NCBI GenBank assembly: GCA_964543385.1
Contig: CAZIYE010000001.1
Coordinates: 420,001-452,000 of the forward strand
Direction of reading: 5' to 3'
Length of the DNA: 32,000 nt
From: an uncultured Candidatus Saccharibacteria bacterium
Lineage (GTDB): Bacteria; Patescibacteriota; UBA1384; XYA2-FULL-43-10; 1-14-0-10-43-13
Part shown: one piece after another, positions 1 to 6,907 of the stretch
Layout of the letters: each line of letters opens with the position of its first letter
Position numbering within the stretch: position 1 is the first letter of the stretch
Notes under the pieces: generated by a model
Databases searched by the model: none
Told to the model about the DNA's origin: nothing
What the model saw: the letters and a program-made list of their open reading frames with translations, nothing else
Position numbers and translations under genes: made by a program

Positions 1-193
1 TCTCCTCAGGCTCACAGCCGGCAAAGAAGCTAACGAATCGGCGCCCATCATCTATTATTTTCCTCGCCTCCTGACCGACAGAATGAATTGATGAAGGATT
101 GCCAAAATATTTCGAATTTACATCGTTTATTGTCTGAACCACCTCTTTTGCGACTTGAGTCGTCGCAGCGTTGTCTAAATATATTCTATCCAT
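1..193 (-). CDS. Cysteine desulfurase (NifS/IscS/SufS class-V aminotransferase family), N-terminal 64 codons only. The gene runs off the left edge of the window.
   Basis: Hand translation of the reverse strand from the ATG (complement of 191-193) gives MDRIYLDNAATTQVAKEVVQTINDVNSKYFGNPSSIHSVGQEARKIIDDGRRFVSFFAGCEPEE. 'YLDNAATT' and 'GNPSSxHxxG' are the typical N-terminal motifs of this family. It is absent from the ORF track because it has no stop in the window. Confidence 0.75.
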   Translation of the reverse strand, partial: MDRIYLDNAATTQVAKEVVQTINDVNSKYFGNPSSIHSVGQEARKIIDDGRRFVSFFAGCEPEE

Positions 194-216
194 AAAAACT
201 CTATGATTTAATCAAC

Positions 217-426
217 CTACTCATTAATCTTTTTAGCTATTTTTCTTAAATCCTGCAAACAGGCTTTGCAGCCAGAACCAGAGATTAAATTTTCAAATTC
301 CTCTTTTGAAACGAGATAAGCAACCGACTTTGAATACCTATTAACTTCATAAATTTCCCCTGCTTCAACTTCCTTAATAATTTTCGAAAGGTGATTTTGT
401 AATTCGTTTGTAGTAATTTTTTTCAT
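217..426 (-). CDS. Small Phd/YefM-antitoxin-fold protein (69 aa) with a C-terminal CxxC tail. No toxin partner is present.
   Basis: The N-terminus (MKKITTNELQNHLSKIIKEVEAGEIYEVNRYSKSVAYLVSKEEFENL) follows the Phd/YefM pattern: '..elr.nl..il..v..ge.....r.gk.vavlvs.eeye.l'. The C-terminal 20 aa carry GCKAC. The gene lies 23 nt upstream of the cysteine desulfurase start on the same strand. Confidence 0.5.
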   Translation of the reverse strand: MKKITTNELQNHLSKIIKEVEAGEIYEVNRYSKSVAYLVSKEEFENLISGSGCKACLQDLRKIAKKINE

Positions 427-442
427 ATATGTTTATGGTTAT

Positions 443-490
443 GTAATATAACAAGTAATATAACAAGTAATATAACAAGTAATATAACAT
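443..490. repeat. Tandem 12-bp repeat gtaatataacaa, three perfect copies plus one copy with a single change (gtaatataacat)
   Basis: Read directly from the sequence: 443-454, 455-466 and 467-478 are identical, and 479-490 differs at the last base. The array begins 17 nt upstream of the start codon of the 217-426 gene. Confidence 0.95.
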
Positions 491-509
491 TTAAGGAATT
501 GCCTGTCAA
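481..509 (-). promoter_or_regulatory. Sigma70-like promoter for the Phd/YefM-like gene
   Basis: The minus strand reads TTGACA (509-504), a 17-nt spacer, then TATATT (486-481). The -10 lies inside the fourth repeat copy, so the three perfect repeats fall at about +1 to +32. Confidence 0.5.
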
Positions 510-517
510 TTAGTAAA

Positions 518-560
518 CATAAAACGAAAACGAGCCCTGGTACATCATGTACACAGGGCC
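518..560 (-). terminator. Intrinsic terminator downstream of the amidase gene
   Basis: Stem 534-544 (gccctggtaca) pairs with 548-559 (tgtac-a-cagggc). That gives 11 bp with one bulged A and a 3-nt loop. On the minus strand it is followed by TCGTTTTCGTTTTATG. Confidence 0.6.
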
Positions 561-595
561 CGCTCGGATTTTTGACCTGAGCGCGAACGCCCGGG

Positions 596-1756
596 TCATC
601 TCCCACTTCCTTTGTTCAGCTCCACCAGCGGTCCGATGACCACCTTCTGGAGCATGATCCTACGATTCTCGGGGTTCCGCAGCCTCCAGCTGTCTCCTCC
701 CAGGAATCGGCGCTGCTCAGCAGCAGACAGCCCCTTCCAGCGTGGATCCTTCGCCTGAGCGGCGATCTCAGCATCGCTGTTTGGGACGCCGCACTCGAGT
801 AGCACCTTGTTCTCGATCGTGTTATAACCACCGAGAACATCGAAGGTCTTTGCTAAAGTGCAGTTGACTGGCTTGCCGAACCGTTTCCGGCCATAGCCCT
901 GATCAAGCAGAACATTCTCGATCAGTCCGGCCAGTTGTCCAGTGTTACCTCGTCGGTGACACTCACGCAGCCCTGACCAACCATTGCTACCCAACGAGTC
1001 CACATGGAGCTCGACGAATGCACTAGTGGTACAGTTCTGGTGATCAGACTGGGCTTGGGCAGCAGCTTTCGCTCGGTCGACTGTGTCAGAGGAGTTCTGC
1101 ATGGGGTTTCCCCCATATAAGACAGCCTCTTTTGGCAACGGCAGAGGATCTTTTGGCCCAGTCACCTGGTCCATTGATTCAGCCTCGGCCGCATATACCA
1201 CAGTCGCACCGAGAGCTTCAGCCATCAGGCCAAGCTCACGCGCCATCCGATAGGTATAGGCGGCTTCCCAGTAGGCTTCTCCGTCGAATACCCAAGAGCA
1301 TCCGACGTCGAGACCATAACTGGTTACAGCATCACGGCCACCATGACCGGGGCTAACGACCAGCAACTGACCCAATAGGGCGTTCTGGCCATATTGCGCT
1401 ACGATTGCCCTACGCTCTGCTTCGGAGAAGCTGAGTTTGGGGCCTCGGGGCAGAAGTTTGCCAAGGCCTTGCGGCTCCTGGGGCTCCTGCACAGTCGTGC
1501 CGGGCTTTACAGCCGGCTTGTGCTGGTTCCACGGGTGCCACAAGAGCACGCCGAGAACCAACAACAGGAAAAGACTTGCCATGATAACGCCGAAGCGGTT
1601 CTTAGCATAGTTTTCTGCATAGGAACTACCGAACCCTGCAAAGAACGCAATGACTGCCGCCATCAGGGCTTCGAGGACCATCCACAGGCCCTGCAAAAAT
1701 GCGAGGGCTTTGGGGTGGCGGCGCCCGAAGGTCGCCCAACGCTGTTGAATCCGCAT
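596..1756 (-). CDS. Membrane-anchored N-acetylmuramoyl-L-alanine amidase (Amidase_3-like); GC-rich
   Basis: The ORF-track protein shows 'VVSPGHGGRDAV', 'GEAYWEAAYTYRMARELGLMAEALGATVVYA' and 'FVELHVDS'. These match the GHGG / E / H zinc-ligand pattern of Amidase_3. Two N-terminal hydrophobic helices are present. I moved the start to the ATG at 1756 (MRIQQRW...) because AAGGAG lies 7 nt upstream, whereas the track start at 1783 is a GTG. A spot GC count on 601-660 gives 57%. Confidence 0.6.
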   Translation of the reverse strand: MRIQQRWATFGRRHPKALAFLQGLWMVLEALMAAVIAFFAGFGSSYAENYAKNRFGVIMASLFLLLVLGVLLWHPWNQHKPAVKPGTTVQEPQEPQGLGKLLPRGPKLSFSEAERRAIVAQYGQNALLGQLLVVSPGHGGRDAVTSYGLDVGCSWVFDGEAYWEAAYTYRMARELGLMAEALGATVVYAAEAESMDQVTGPKDPLPLPKEAVLYGGNPMQNSSDTVDRAKAAAQAQSDHQNCTTSAFVELHVDSLGSNGWSGLRECHRRGNTGQLAGLIENVLLDQGYGRKRFGKPVNCTLAKTFDVLGGYNTIENKVLLECGVPNSDAEIAAQAKDPRWKGLSAAEQRRFLGGDSWRLRNPENRRIMLQKVVIGPLVELNKGSGR

Positions 1757-1849
1757 GATTTTTCTCCTTTTCAGAGCTGCCACGTGCGGTTGGACAGCTC
1801 AAGTGTTCTTCTCGCCGGATGTGTAGAATTTCCAGCGTAGACTAGGTAT

Positions 1850-1878
1850 ATTATAGCATTTTTATATATAAAAGTCAA
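1850..1878 (-). promoter_or_regulatory. Sigma70-like promoter for the amidase gene
   Basis: The minus strand reads TTGACT (1878-1873), a 17-nt spacer, then TATAAT (1855-1850). It sits in an AT-rich spacer between the two GC-rich CDSs. Confidence 0.55.
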
Positions 1879-1888
1879 TGGTAAAACA

Positions 1889-1917
1889 TTGACAAATAGC
1901 TAATATAGTGATAAAGT
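1889..1917 (+). promoter_or_regulatory. Sigma70-like promoter for the 1971-3035 gene, back-to-back with the amidase promoter
   Basis: TTGACA (1889-1894), a 17-nt spacer, then TAAAGT (1912-1917). The SD AAGGAGGG ends 5 nt before the ATG at 1971. Confidence 0.45.
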
Positions 1918-1970
1918 AGCGAGTCGATCAATCCTGATCCGACAACTCTGACACACAGAAGGAGGGCAAC

Positions 1971-3035
1971 ATGCCCCGAAACTCTCGCAGAACACGTCGT
2001 CGTCGTTTACTCATCGCCAATTTGGTGATGTTGGGCCTGATTGTCCTTGCTTTTACTGCCATACTCATTTGGCGGCATTGCAATGACAAAAAGGTTACGA
2101 CCCCGACACCTAAACCCCCCAAGACCGCCGAGGTTTTCCTTTGGATCTGGCAGATAGAGGAAGCCAAGGAAGTCTGCGGTGGAAGTCTGCAAGGGATTGT
2201 AGACAAATGTAAGGAGAATGGAATCTCCGGCCTGATCGTTTGTTCCAATCGCGGAGGCGAATGGTTCAACGATCGAGATGAGTTCGGCAAACTCCGCGAA
2301 ATTGCGGACGAAAATGAGCTCATTTTCATGGGTTATGGACGTTTCCTCGCCAAAGATCCCCCGGCAGAGATGCTGAGAACGATCGAGGCGATCCAGGACG
2401 GAGCCGATGGTTTCATCTTCGACATGGAAGCCGAATATGAAACCCCTGAGGGAGCCGAAAAAGCAAGTGCCGTCGTCGCAAACGTCAAGCGTTGGTGTGA
2501 AACCAACGCGCCTGACGTAGTCGATATGCTCGGCTACAGCTCCTTCGGTCTGCCAAGCAGGCACCCCAACTTCCCAACAGAAGAATTGGATGAGCTCTGC
2601 GGTTTCTCCGCACCCCAGTGGTACACCACCAGCTGGGCAAAGACTCAGGGCTGGTCCCTCAAAGAGAGCCAAGAGAAAATCCGCAAAGAGTTCTCTGAGC
2701 CAGGAAATGCATACGCGCCTGTCCTCCAGGCCTATGGCAAAAATAGTGGCTACGAGTACGTCACCCCCGACGAACTCAAAGCCATGCTCAAATTCTCCGG
2801 TGAGATGGAGTTCACAACCTTCGTCTCAATCTTCCGCCTGGAGCTCATGGATGACGAGCACTGGCAGACGATTAGGGAGTACACTGGCGCGAATAAACGC
2901 CAGAACAAAGCACGAGACCGGCTGGATAGCCGGTCTCGTTTCTATTATGTATCAATTTTGTCATTGCGTCTGTCGCGGTTGTCATTCCAGCTTGTAAGCT
3001 TGAGAGCTGGAATCCAGGAGTTTGTTTACTTATAA
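1971..3035 (+). CDS. Membrane-anchored protein with a putative glycoside-hydrolase-like TIM-barrel domain (GH25 / Rv2525c-like); GC-rich; 3' end uncertain
   Basis: The N-terminus is Arg-rich and followed by one TM helix (RRRRLLIANLVMLGLIVLAFTAILIW). The body has alternating beta/alpha-like segments and an acidic 'GADGFIFDMEAEYE' motif reminiscent of the GH25-type D..E catalytic strand. Family assignment is by eye only. The last ~45 codons run through two perfect hairpins. Confidence 0.35.
   Translation: MPRNSRRTRRRRLLIANLVMLGLIVLAFTAILIWRHCNDKKVTTPTPKPPKTAEVFLWIWQIEEAKEVCGGSLQGIVDKCKENGISGLIVCSNRGGEWFNDRDEFGKLREIADENELIFMGYGRFLAKDPPAEMLRTIEAIQDGADGFIFDMEAEYETPEGAEKASAVVANVKRWCETNAPDVVDMLGYSSFGLPSRHPNFPTEELDELCGFSAPQWYTTSWAKTQGWSLKESQEKIRKEFSEPGNAYAPVLQAYGKNSGYEYVTPDELKAMLKFSGEMEFTTFVSIFRLELMDDEHWQTIREYTGANKRQNKARDRLDSRSRFYYVSILSLRLSRLSFQLVSLRAGIQEFVYL
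2913..2946 (+). terminator. Canonical intrinsic terminator lying inside the annotated 3' end of the 1971-3035 ORF
   Basis: cgagaccggc (2913-2922), loop tggata, gccggtctcg (2929-2938), then tttctatta. The stem is a perfect 10 bp and GC-rich. Confidence 0.6.
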
Positions 3036-3116
3036 ATAGCCTGGATACCCGGGTCATGGCGTTGCCTGTCCAAGTATGACAAAAAAGTGTTTTCTACGTT
3101 CTGCTTACTAGTTTGC

Positions 3117-3908
3117 TTATTTTATCCCAAAGAATTTCATCGCCTTTTTAGTCGTCTCCTGCTCCACCTCAGCCAGAGAAATACCCTTTATCTCAGCAAT
3201 TTTTTTTGCGGTCTCTGTCACGTAAGATGGCTCATTTCTCTTGCCGCGATATGGCTCTGGAGCAATATATGGACAATCGGTCTCAATCATCATAGAACCT
3301 AGAGGGATTTTCTTTACTGCCTTGAGTGTATCAGGAGTTGCATTTTTAAATGTAATCGTACCGGTAAATGAAATTGCAAAACCAAGATCGAGAATTTTTT
3401 CTGCAAAATCCCAATCTCCCGAGAAACAATGCATCACTGCCCTGAGCTGACCATGATAAGATTTCAATATTCCAAGTATGTCGGCATCTGCTTCTCTGCT
3501 ATGAATAATAGCTGGCAATCCCGTCTCCAGCGCCAAATCAAGCATCTGTTCAAAACAAAAAATCTGTTCATCACGAGTAGGATAGTCTGCATATTTGCTT
3601 GACCTCTTCAAAAAATAATAATCAAGTCCTATCTCTCCTACTGCTACCACCTTTTCGTGATTAGAAAAAGTAATCATTTTCCCCTTTGATTCAATATCGA
3701 GATCTTTTGCACAGTGAGGATGAAAACCAACTGTCGCATAAACTTCAGGATATTTTCTCGCCAGGTCCAGAGACTGCTTCGAGCTATCTAGATCAACCCC
3801 CACATTAATGATTCTTTCTACTCTTGCTTCTTTGGCACGACCAAGAACCGCAGGCACTTCTGTCTTGAATTCTGGGAAGTTTAAATGAGCATGGGTATCT
3901 ATAAACAT
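3117..3908 (-). CDS. TatD-family metal-dependent hydrolase/DNase
   Basis: 'MFIDTHAHLNFPEF' is the HxH motif. Also present are 'VGEIGLDY', 'IIHSREA', 'VMHCFSG' and 'ETDCPY(I)AP'. The length of 263 aa is typical for the family. Confidence 0.9.
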   Translation of the reverse strand: MFIDTHAHLNFPEFKTEVPAVLGRAKEARVERIINVGVDLDSSKQSLDLARKYPEVYATVGFHPHCAKDLDIESKGKMITFSNHEKVVAVGEIGLDYYFLKRSSKYADYPTRDEQIFCFEQMLDLALETGLPAIIHSREADADILGILKSYHGQLRAVMHCFSGDWDFAEKILDLGFAISFTGTITFKNATPDTLKAVKKIPLGSMMIETDCPYIAPEPYRGKRNEPSYVTETAKKIAEIKGISLAEVEQETTKKAMKFFGIK

Positions 3909-3918
3909 AAATAAATCC

Positions 3919-4761
3919 TTATTTCATCAGGGTAGAATAGATTATACACAAAACAACGACTGCAGCACAAACAATATCTCTTTTAAAATTCCTGTGCTCG
4001 TTGAAATAAAAATATGAGGCCAAATAAGTAATGATCGGGGTTAACAATAATATCATAGTTGTCAGAACAACGCCGATCTGCTGAAAAGCATAGTATTTTA
4101 GAATCATTACTCCAGTTCCAAACATAGCAGATATTACGAGACTACGAACTATCGGCTTTATTAATAATAGTTTCATATCTGGTTTATAAATAGTAAAAAA
4201 GACAATCGCCAAAATCAAAACCCTTATAAAATAAAGAAGTGGGGGCGAATAAAAATTTAATAGTTGTCGAAGTGCAACCGACTCAATGGCAATTAATACA
4301 ACAGCCAATAATGTTCTTTTGGCACTTTTACTGACCTGAAAATGGTGTTTCTTAATTCGAGAGAGGAACAACGCCAAACTGGAAGCTATTCCTGCTATAA
4401 AAATATGAAAATTACGCTCTACTGGCAAAAACACAGCCGCTAACAACACAGTGGCAAGTGGTACCATTAATATAATTGTCTCATATTCATGCAATGGCTC
4501 AGTCTGCAAACTCTTGGCAAGTAGAATATTCCAAAGAGCAGCACATGCAACCATTATCAGGAATAAAATAATATATTTGAAAGAAAAAGCCTGATGATCC
4601 AGATGATAATTGACTGGAATCAAAAAAAGCGAAAGAATCGTCAATATAGAGAAAATAAAGGGAAGGTAGTCCTTCACCGGTAATTTCAATCTAGCCAAAA
4701 GGTATTTATTTGAAATATCCCCACCAGAACCGCTGATAGCTGCTAATATAGCCTGTAGCAC
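3919..4761 (-). CDS. Polytopic membrane protein, probably an EamA/DMT-type permease
   Basis: The protein is 280 aa and almost entirely hydrophobic helices (about 10), with a two-halves organisation typical of EamA. No catalytic motif was seen. Confidence 0.45.
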   Translation of the reverse strand: MLQAILAAISGSGGDISNKYLLARLKLPVKDYLPFIFSILTILSLFLIPVNYHLDHQAFSFKYIILFLIMVACAALWNILLAKSLQTEPLHEYETIILMVPLATVLLAAVFLPVERNFHIFIAGIASSLALFLSRIKKHHFQVSKSAKRTLLAVVLIAIESVALRQLLNFYSPPLLYFIRVLILAIVFFTIYKPDMKLLLIKPIVRSLVISAMFGTGVMILKYYAFQQIGVVLTTMILLLTPIITYLASYFYFNEHRNFKRDIVCAAVVVLCIIYSTLMK

Positions 4762-4866
4762 TGTCCCTCCCGAACTTTATTGAGTAATATAAATCTTAAA
4801 TTTCTAAGTTGACAATAATTCTTTCCTGTTGTGATTCGTATTATTTGTCTAATTCGTCATCCGTTG

Positions 4867-6273
4867 TTATTTGTCTAATCTTGGAAAAAGAGGCTCTGGT
4901 TCTAAAGTCTCAAGTTGCTTTTTCATCTTTTGCGCGGTCTCAGGCATAAACGGATCAATCATATCCGAAATAATCGCCAACTTTAAATAAGCATTCGTGA
5001 GGACTTCTGCTAGCTCTTCCGCTTTGTTCTCTTTCGCCAAAATCCAAGGCTGTTTATCTGCAATATATTTATTTGTCGAGATCGCTAAATCGTCAATCTT
5101 TTTAATTGCTCCCATAAAATCCAGCGATCCGATTTCTTTATCTAGGTTCATCGTCTCGTCTTTTATGGCCGAATTTTGGCTTTTAACCTCTACTTCATAC
5201 TTATTGATCATAGAGATGGTTCTTTGAACAAGATTGCCGACGTTATTGGCTAGATTAGAATACTGACTAGCAATTTTCTCCTCGGAGATGTCGCCATCTT
5301 CGCCAAATGGGAATTCTCGAAGCAATGCGTACCGCACTGCATCAACACCAAATTTATCCACTAAATCATTAGGGTTTAAAACGTTACCAATAGTTTTGCT
5401 CATCTTTTGATTACCAACCGTGAAGAAGCCATGGGCAAATACATTCTTTGGCAGTGCTAAACCAAGAGCCATAAGCATAGCCGGCCAAATCACTGCATGA
5501 AACCACAAGATATCCTTAGCCATGAGGTGCAAATTTGCTGGCCAGAATTCATCTTTCTTATACAACTTCGTTGCAGTATAGTAGTTCAACAATGCATCAA
5601 TCCAGACATAGATAGTTTGGCTATCGTCTTCTGGGAACTTAACTCCCCACTCTACTGCTGCTCTAGAAATAGAAATGTCCTCGAGTCCAAGCTTTATTTT
5701 ACCGACTATCTCATTCTTTCTTGACTCGGGACCAATCTCAAATTCGCCAGACTCAATCTTCTCCAAAATCTTCTCACCAAATTGCGACAGTTTAAAAAAG
5801 TAGTTCTCCTCCGTCTGTCGCACTGGTTCTTTTAGGTGGTCTGGACATTTGCCGTCTACTAATTCGGACTCTTTCAAAAACTTTTCACAGCCAACACAAT
5901 AAAGGCCTTCATAGCTTCTTTTCTCTACAAAACCCTTGTCTTTTAGATTTTGGACAAATTCCTGTACCTGTTTCTCATGATCAGGGTTAGTCGTTCTAAA
6001 GAACTCATCGTAAGATATATTGAGATTTTTCCAGGCTTCTTTGAACTTAGGCTCAAGCTCATCTACGAAATCTTGCGGTGATTTTCCGGCCTTCGTCGCA
6101 GCTTCAGCAATCTTTGCTCCATGCTCGTCTGTACCGGTTAGAAAAAAAACCTCATCACCTTTCTTGCGATGATAACGTGCGAGAACATCTGCTGCCACCG
6201 TCGTATAAGCGTGCCCAATATGCGGAACATCATTTATATAATAGATCGGGGTTGTAATATAATATTTACTCAT
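4867..6273 (-). CDS. metG: Methionine--tRNA ligase (short form, no C-terminal tRNA-binding domain)
   Basis: 'YYITTPIYYINDVPHIGHAYTTVAADVLARY' carries the HIGH motif and 'KMSKTIGN' the KMSKS motif. A CVGCEKF...CPDH zinc knuckle is also present. Confidence 0.95.
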   Translation of the reverse strand: MSKYYITTPIYYINDVPHIGHAYTTVAADVLARYHRKKGDEVFFLTGTDEHGAKIAEAATKAGKSPQDFVDELEPKFKEAWKNLNISYDEFFRTTNPDHEKQVQEFVQNLKDKGFVEKRSYEGLYCVGCEKFLKESELVDGKCPDHLKEPVRQTEENYFFKLSQFGEKILEKIESGEFEIGPESRKNEIVGKIKLGLEDISISRAAVEWGVKFPEDDSQTIYVWIDALLNYYTATKLYKKDEFWPANLHLMAKDILWFHAVIWPAMLMALGLALPKNVFAHGFFTVGNQKMSKTIGNVLNPNDLVDKFGVDAVRYALLREFPFGEDGDISEEKIASQYSNLANNVGNLVQRTISMINKYEVEVKSQNSAIKDETMNLDKEIGSLDFMGAIKKIDDLAISTNKYIADKQPWILAKENKAEELAEVLTNAYLKLAIISDMIDPFMPETAQKMKKQLETLEPEPLFPRLDK

Positions 6274-6368
6274 AGATTGATCTTACCAGATTATATATAA
6301 GCTTCCAAGATGATAAAAGTAGAAGACAGAATAAGATTGATTTAATTGAGAGAAAAGCTGCAATTTAT

Positions 6369-6397
6369 TTGACTTTTATAACATTTTATTGTATATT
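6369..6397 (+). promoter_or_regulatory. Sigma70-like promoter for the GC-rich lipoprotein gene
   Basis: TTGACT (6369-6374), a 17-nt spacer, then TATATT (6392-6397). Confidence 0.5.
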
Positions 6398-6440
6398 ATA
6401 CATATCATCTCCCACATGGGAGTGCAAGGAGGTAGCTCCC

Positions 6441-6848
6441 ATGAGAGCTACGACAATACTACTGGCCGCTTTAATCGCCCTTGTCACAATCTCCGGCTGC
6501 GGGATGGTAGAAGATCGCGTCAGGATCAACCCGACAGTCAAATCAGTGTCCATGGACTTCGGGAAGGAGGTGTTGCATATTAAGGTAGCTCCCTATGATT
6601 CCAACATCTACATACTGGGTACCGCCGTGGACTTACCGGACGGAACAACTAGCGCCGTCTCGCTCAACGTCAGCTATTGGAGCGGCTCCGCCCACCAATA
6701 CAACTATGGCGATGCAGCATTCACCTTCTCGCCAGTGGATTTTAAAGCGGTATACCGCTTTAAAATCCGAGTCGAGGGGCCCTCAATCGTCGCTGACGCT
6801 ATTGAGGAAACATGGGAATATCAAGGGGGGCAGTGTATCAAGCTCTGA
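6441..6848 (+). CDS. Small secreted lipoprotein (135 aa), function unknown; GC-rich
   Basis: The internal ATG at 6441 is preceded by AAGGAGG (6426-6432). 'MRATTILLAALIALVTISGC' is a signal peptide with the lipobox I-S-G-C. A spot GC count on 6601-6660 gives 57%. Confidence 0.7.
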   Translation: MRATTILLAALIALVTISGCGMVEDRVRINPTVKSVSMDFGKEVLHIKVAPYDSNIYILGTAVDLPDGTTSAVSLNVSYWSGSAHQYNYGDAAFTFSPVDFKAVYRFKIRVEGPSIVADAIEETWEYQGGQCIKL

Positions 6849-6854
6849 ACGCCT

Positions 6855-6890
6855 TCGAGGCGGCCAACCGGCCGCCTCGATTGCATTTTA
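6855..6890 (+). terminator. Intrinsic terminator between the convergent lipoprotein and giant-protein genes
   Basis: tcgaggcggcc (6855-6865), loop aacc, ggccgcctcga (6870-6880), then ttgcatttta. The stem is a perfect 11 bp. Confidence 0.7.
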
Positions 6891-6907
6891 TTGGCTTTGT
6901 ATCTTCT

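Noticed and set aside
1-426. Searched for a toxin partner that would make 217-426 part of a type II TA pair
   Set aside because: The only adjacent co-oriented gene is a cysteine desulfurase, and the upstream neighbour is the promoter/terminator region. No toxin-sized ORF is present on either side.
443-490. Tandem repeat arrays (443-490, 28704-28731, 28854-28881) considered as CRISPR or minisatellite loci
   Set aside because: The units are 7-12 bp and directly abutting, with no spacers and no cas genes. They are far too short for CRISPR, so they are interpreted as operator- or iteron-like elements.
1132-2672. Long ORFs antisense to, or out of frame with, the GC-rich amidase and GH-like genes: 1132-1356 (+), 1394-1840 (+), 1928-2329 (-), 2007-2672 (-) and 2590-2997 (+)
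   Set aside because: These are typical shadow ORFs of GC-rich DNA. Their translations are Arg/Pro/Ser/Gly-rich and low in complexity, they lack an SD, and they are fully overlapped by CDSs with recognisable catalytic motifs.
4841-4879. 13-bp direct repeat ttatttgtctaat (4841-4853 and 4867-4879) between metG and the EamA-like gene
   Set aside because: It is a single short AT-rich duplication that overlaps the metG stop codon. No associated element was found and it is probably fortuitous.
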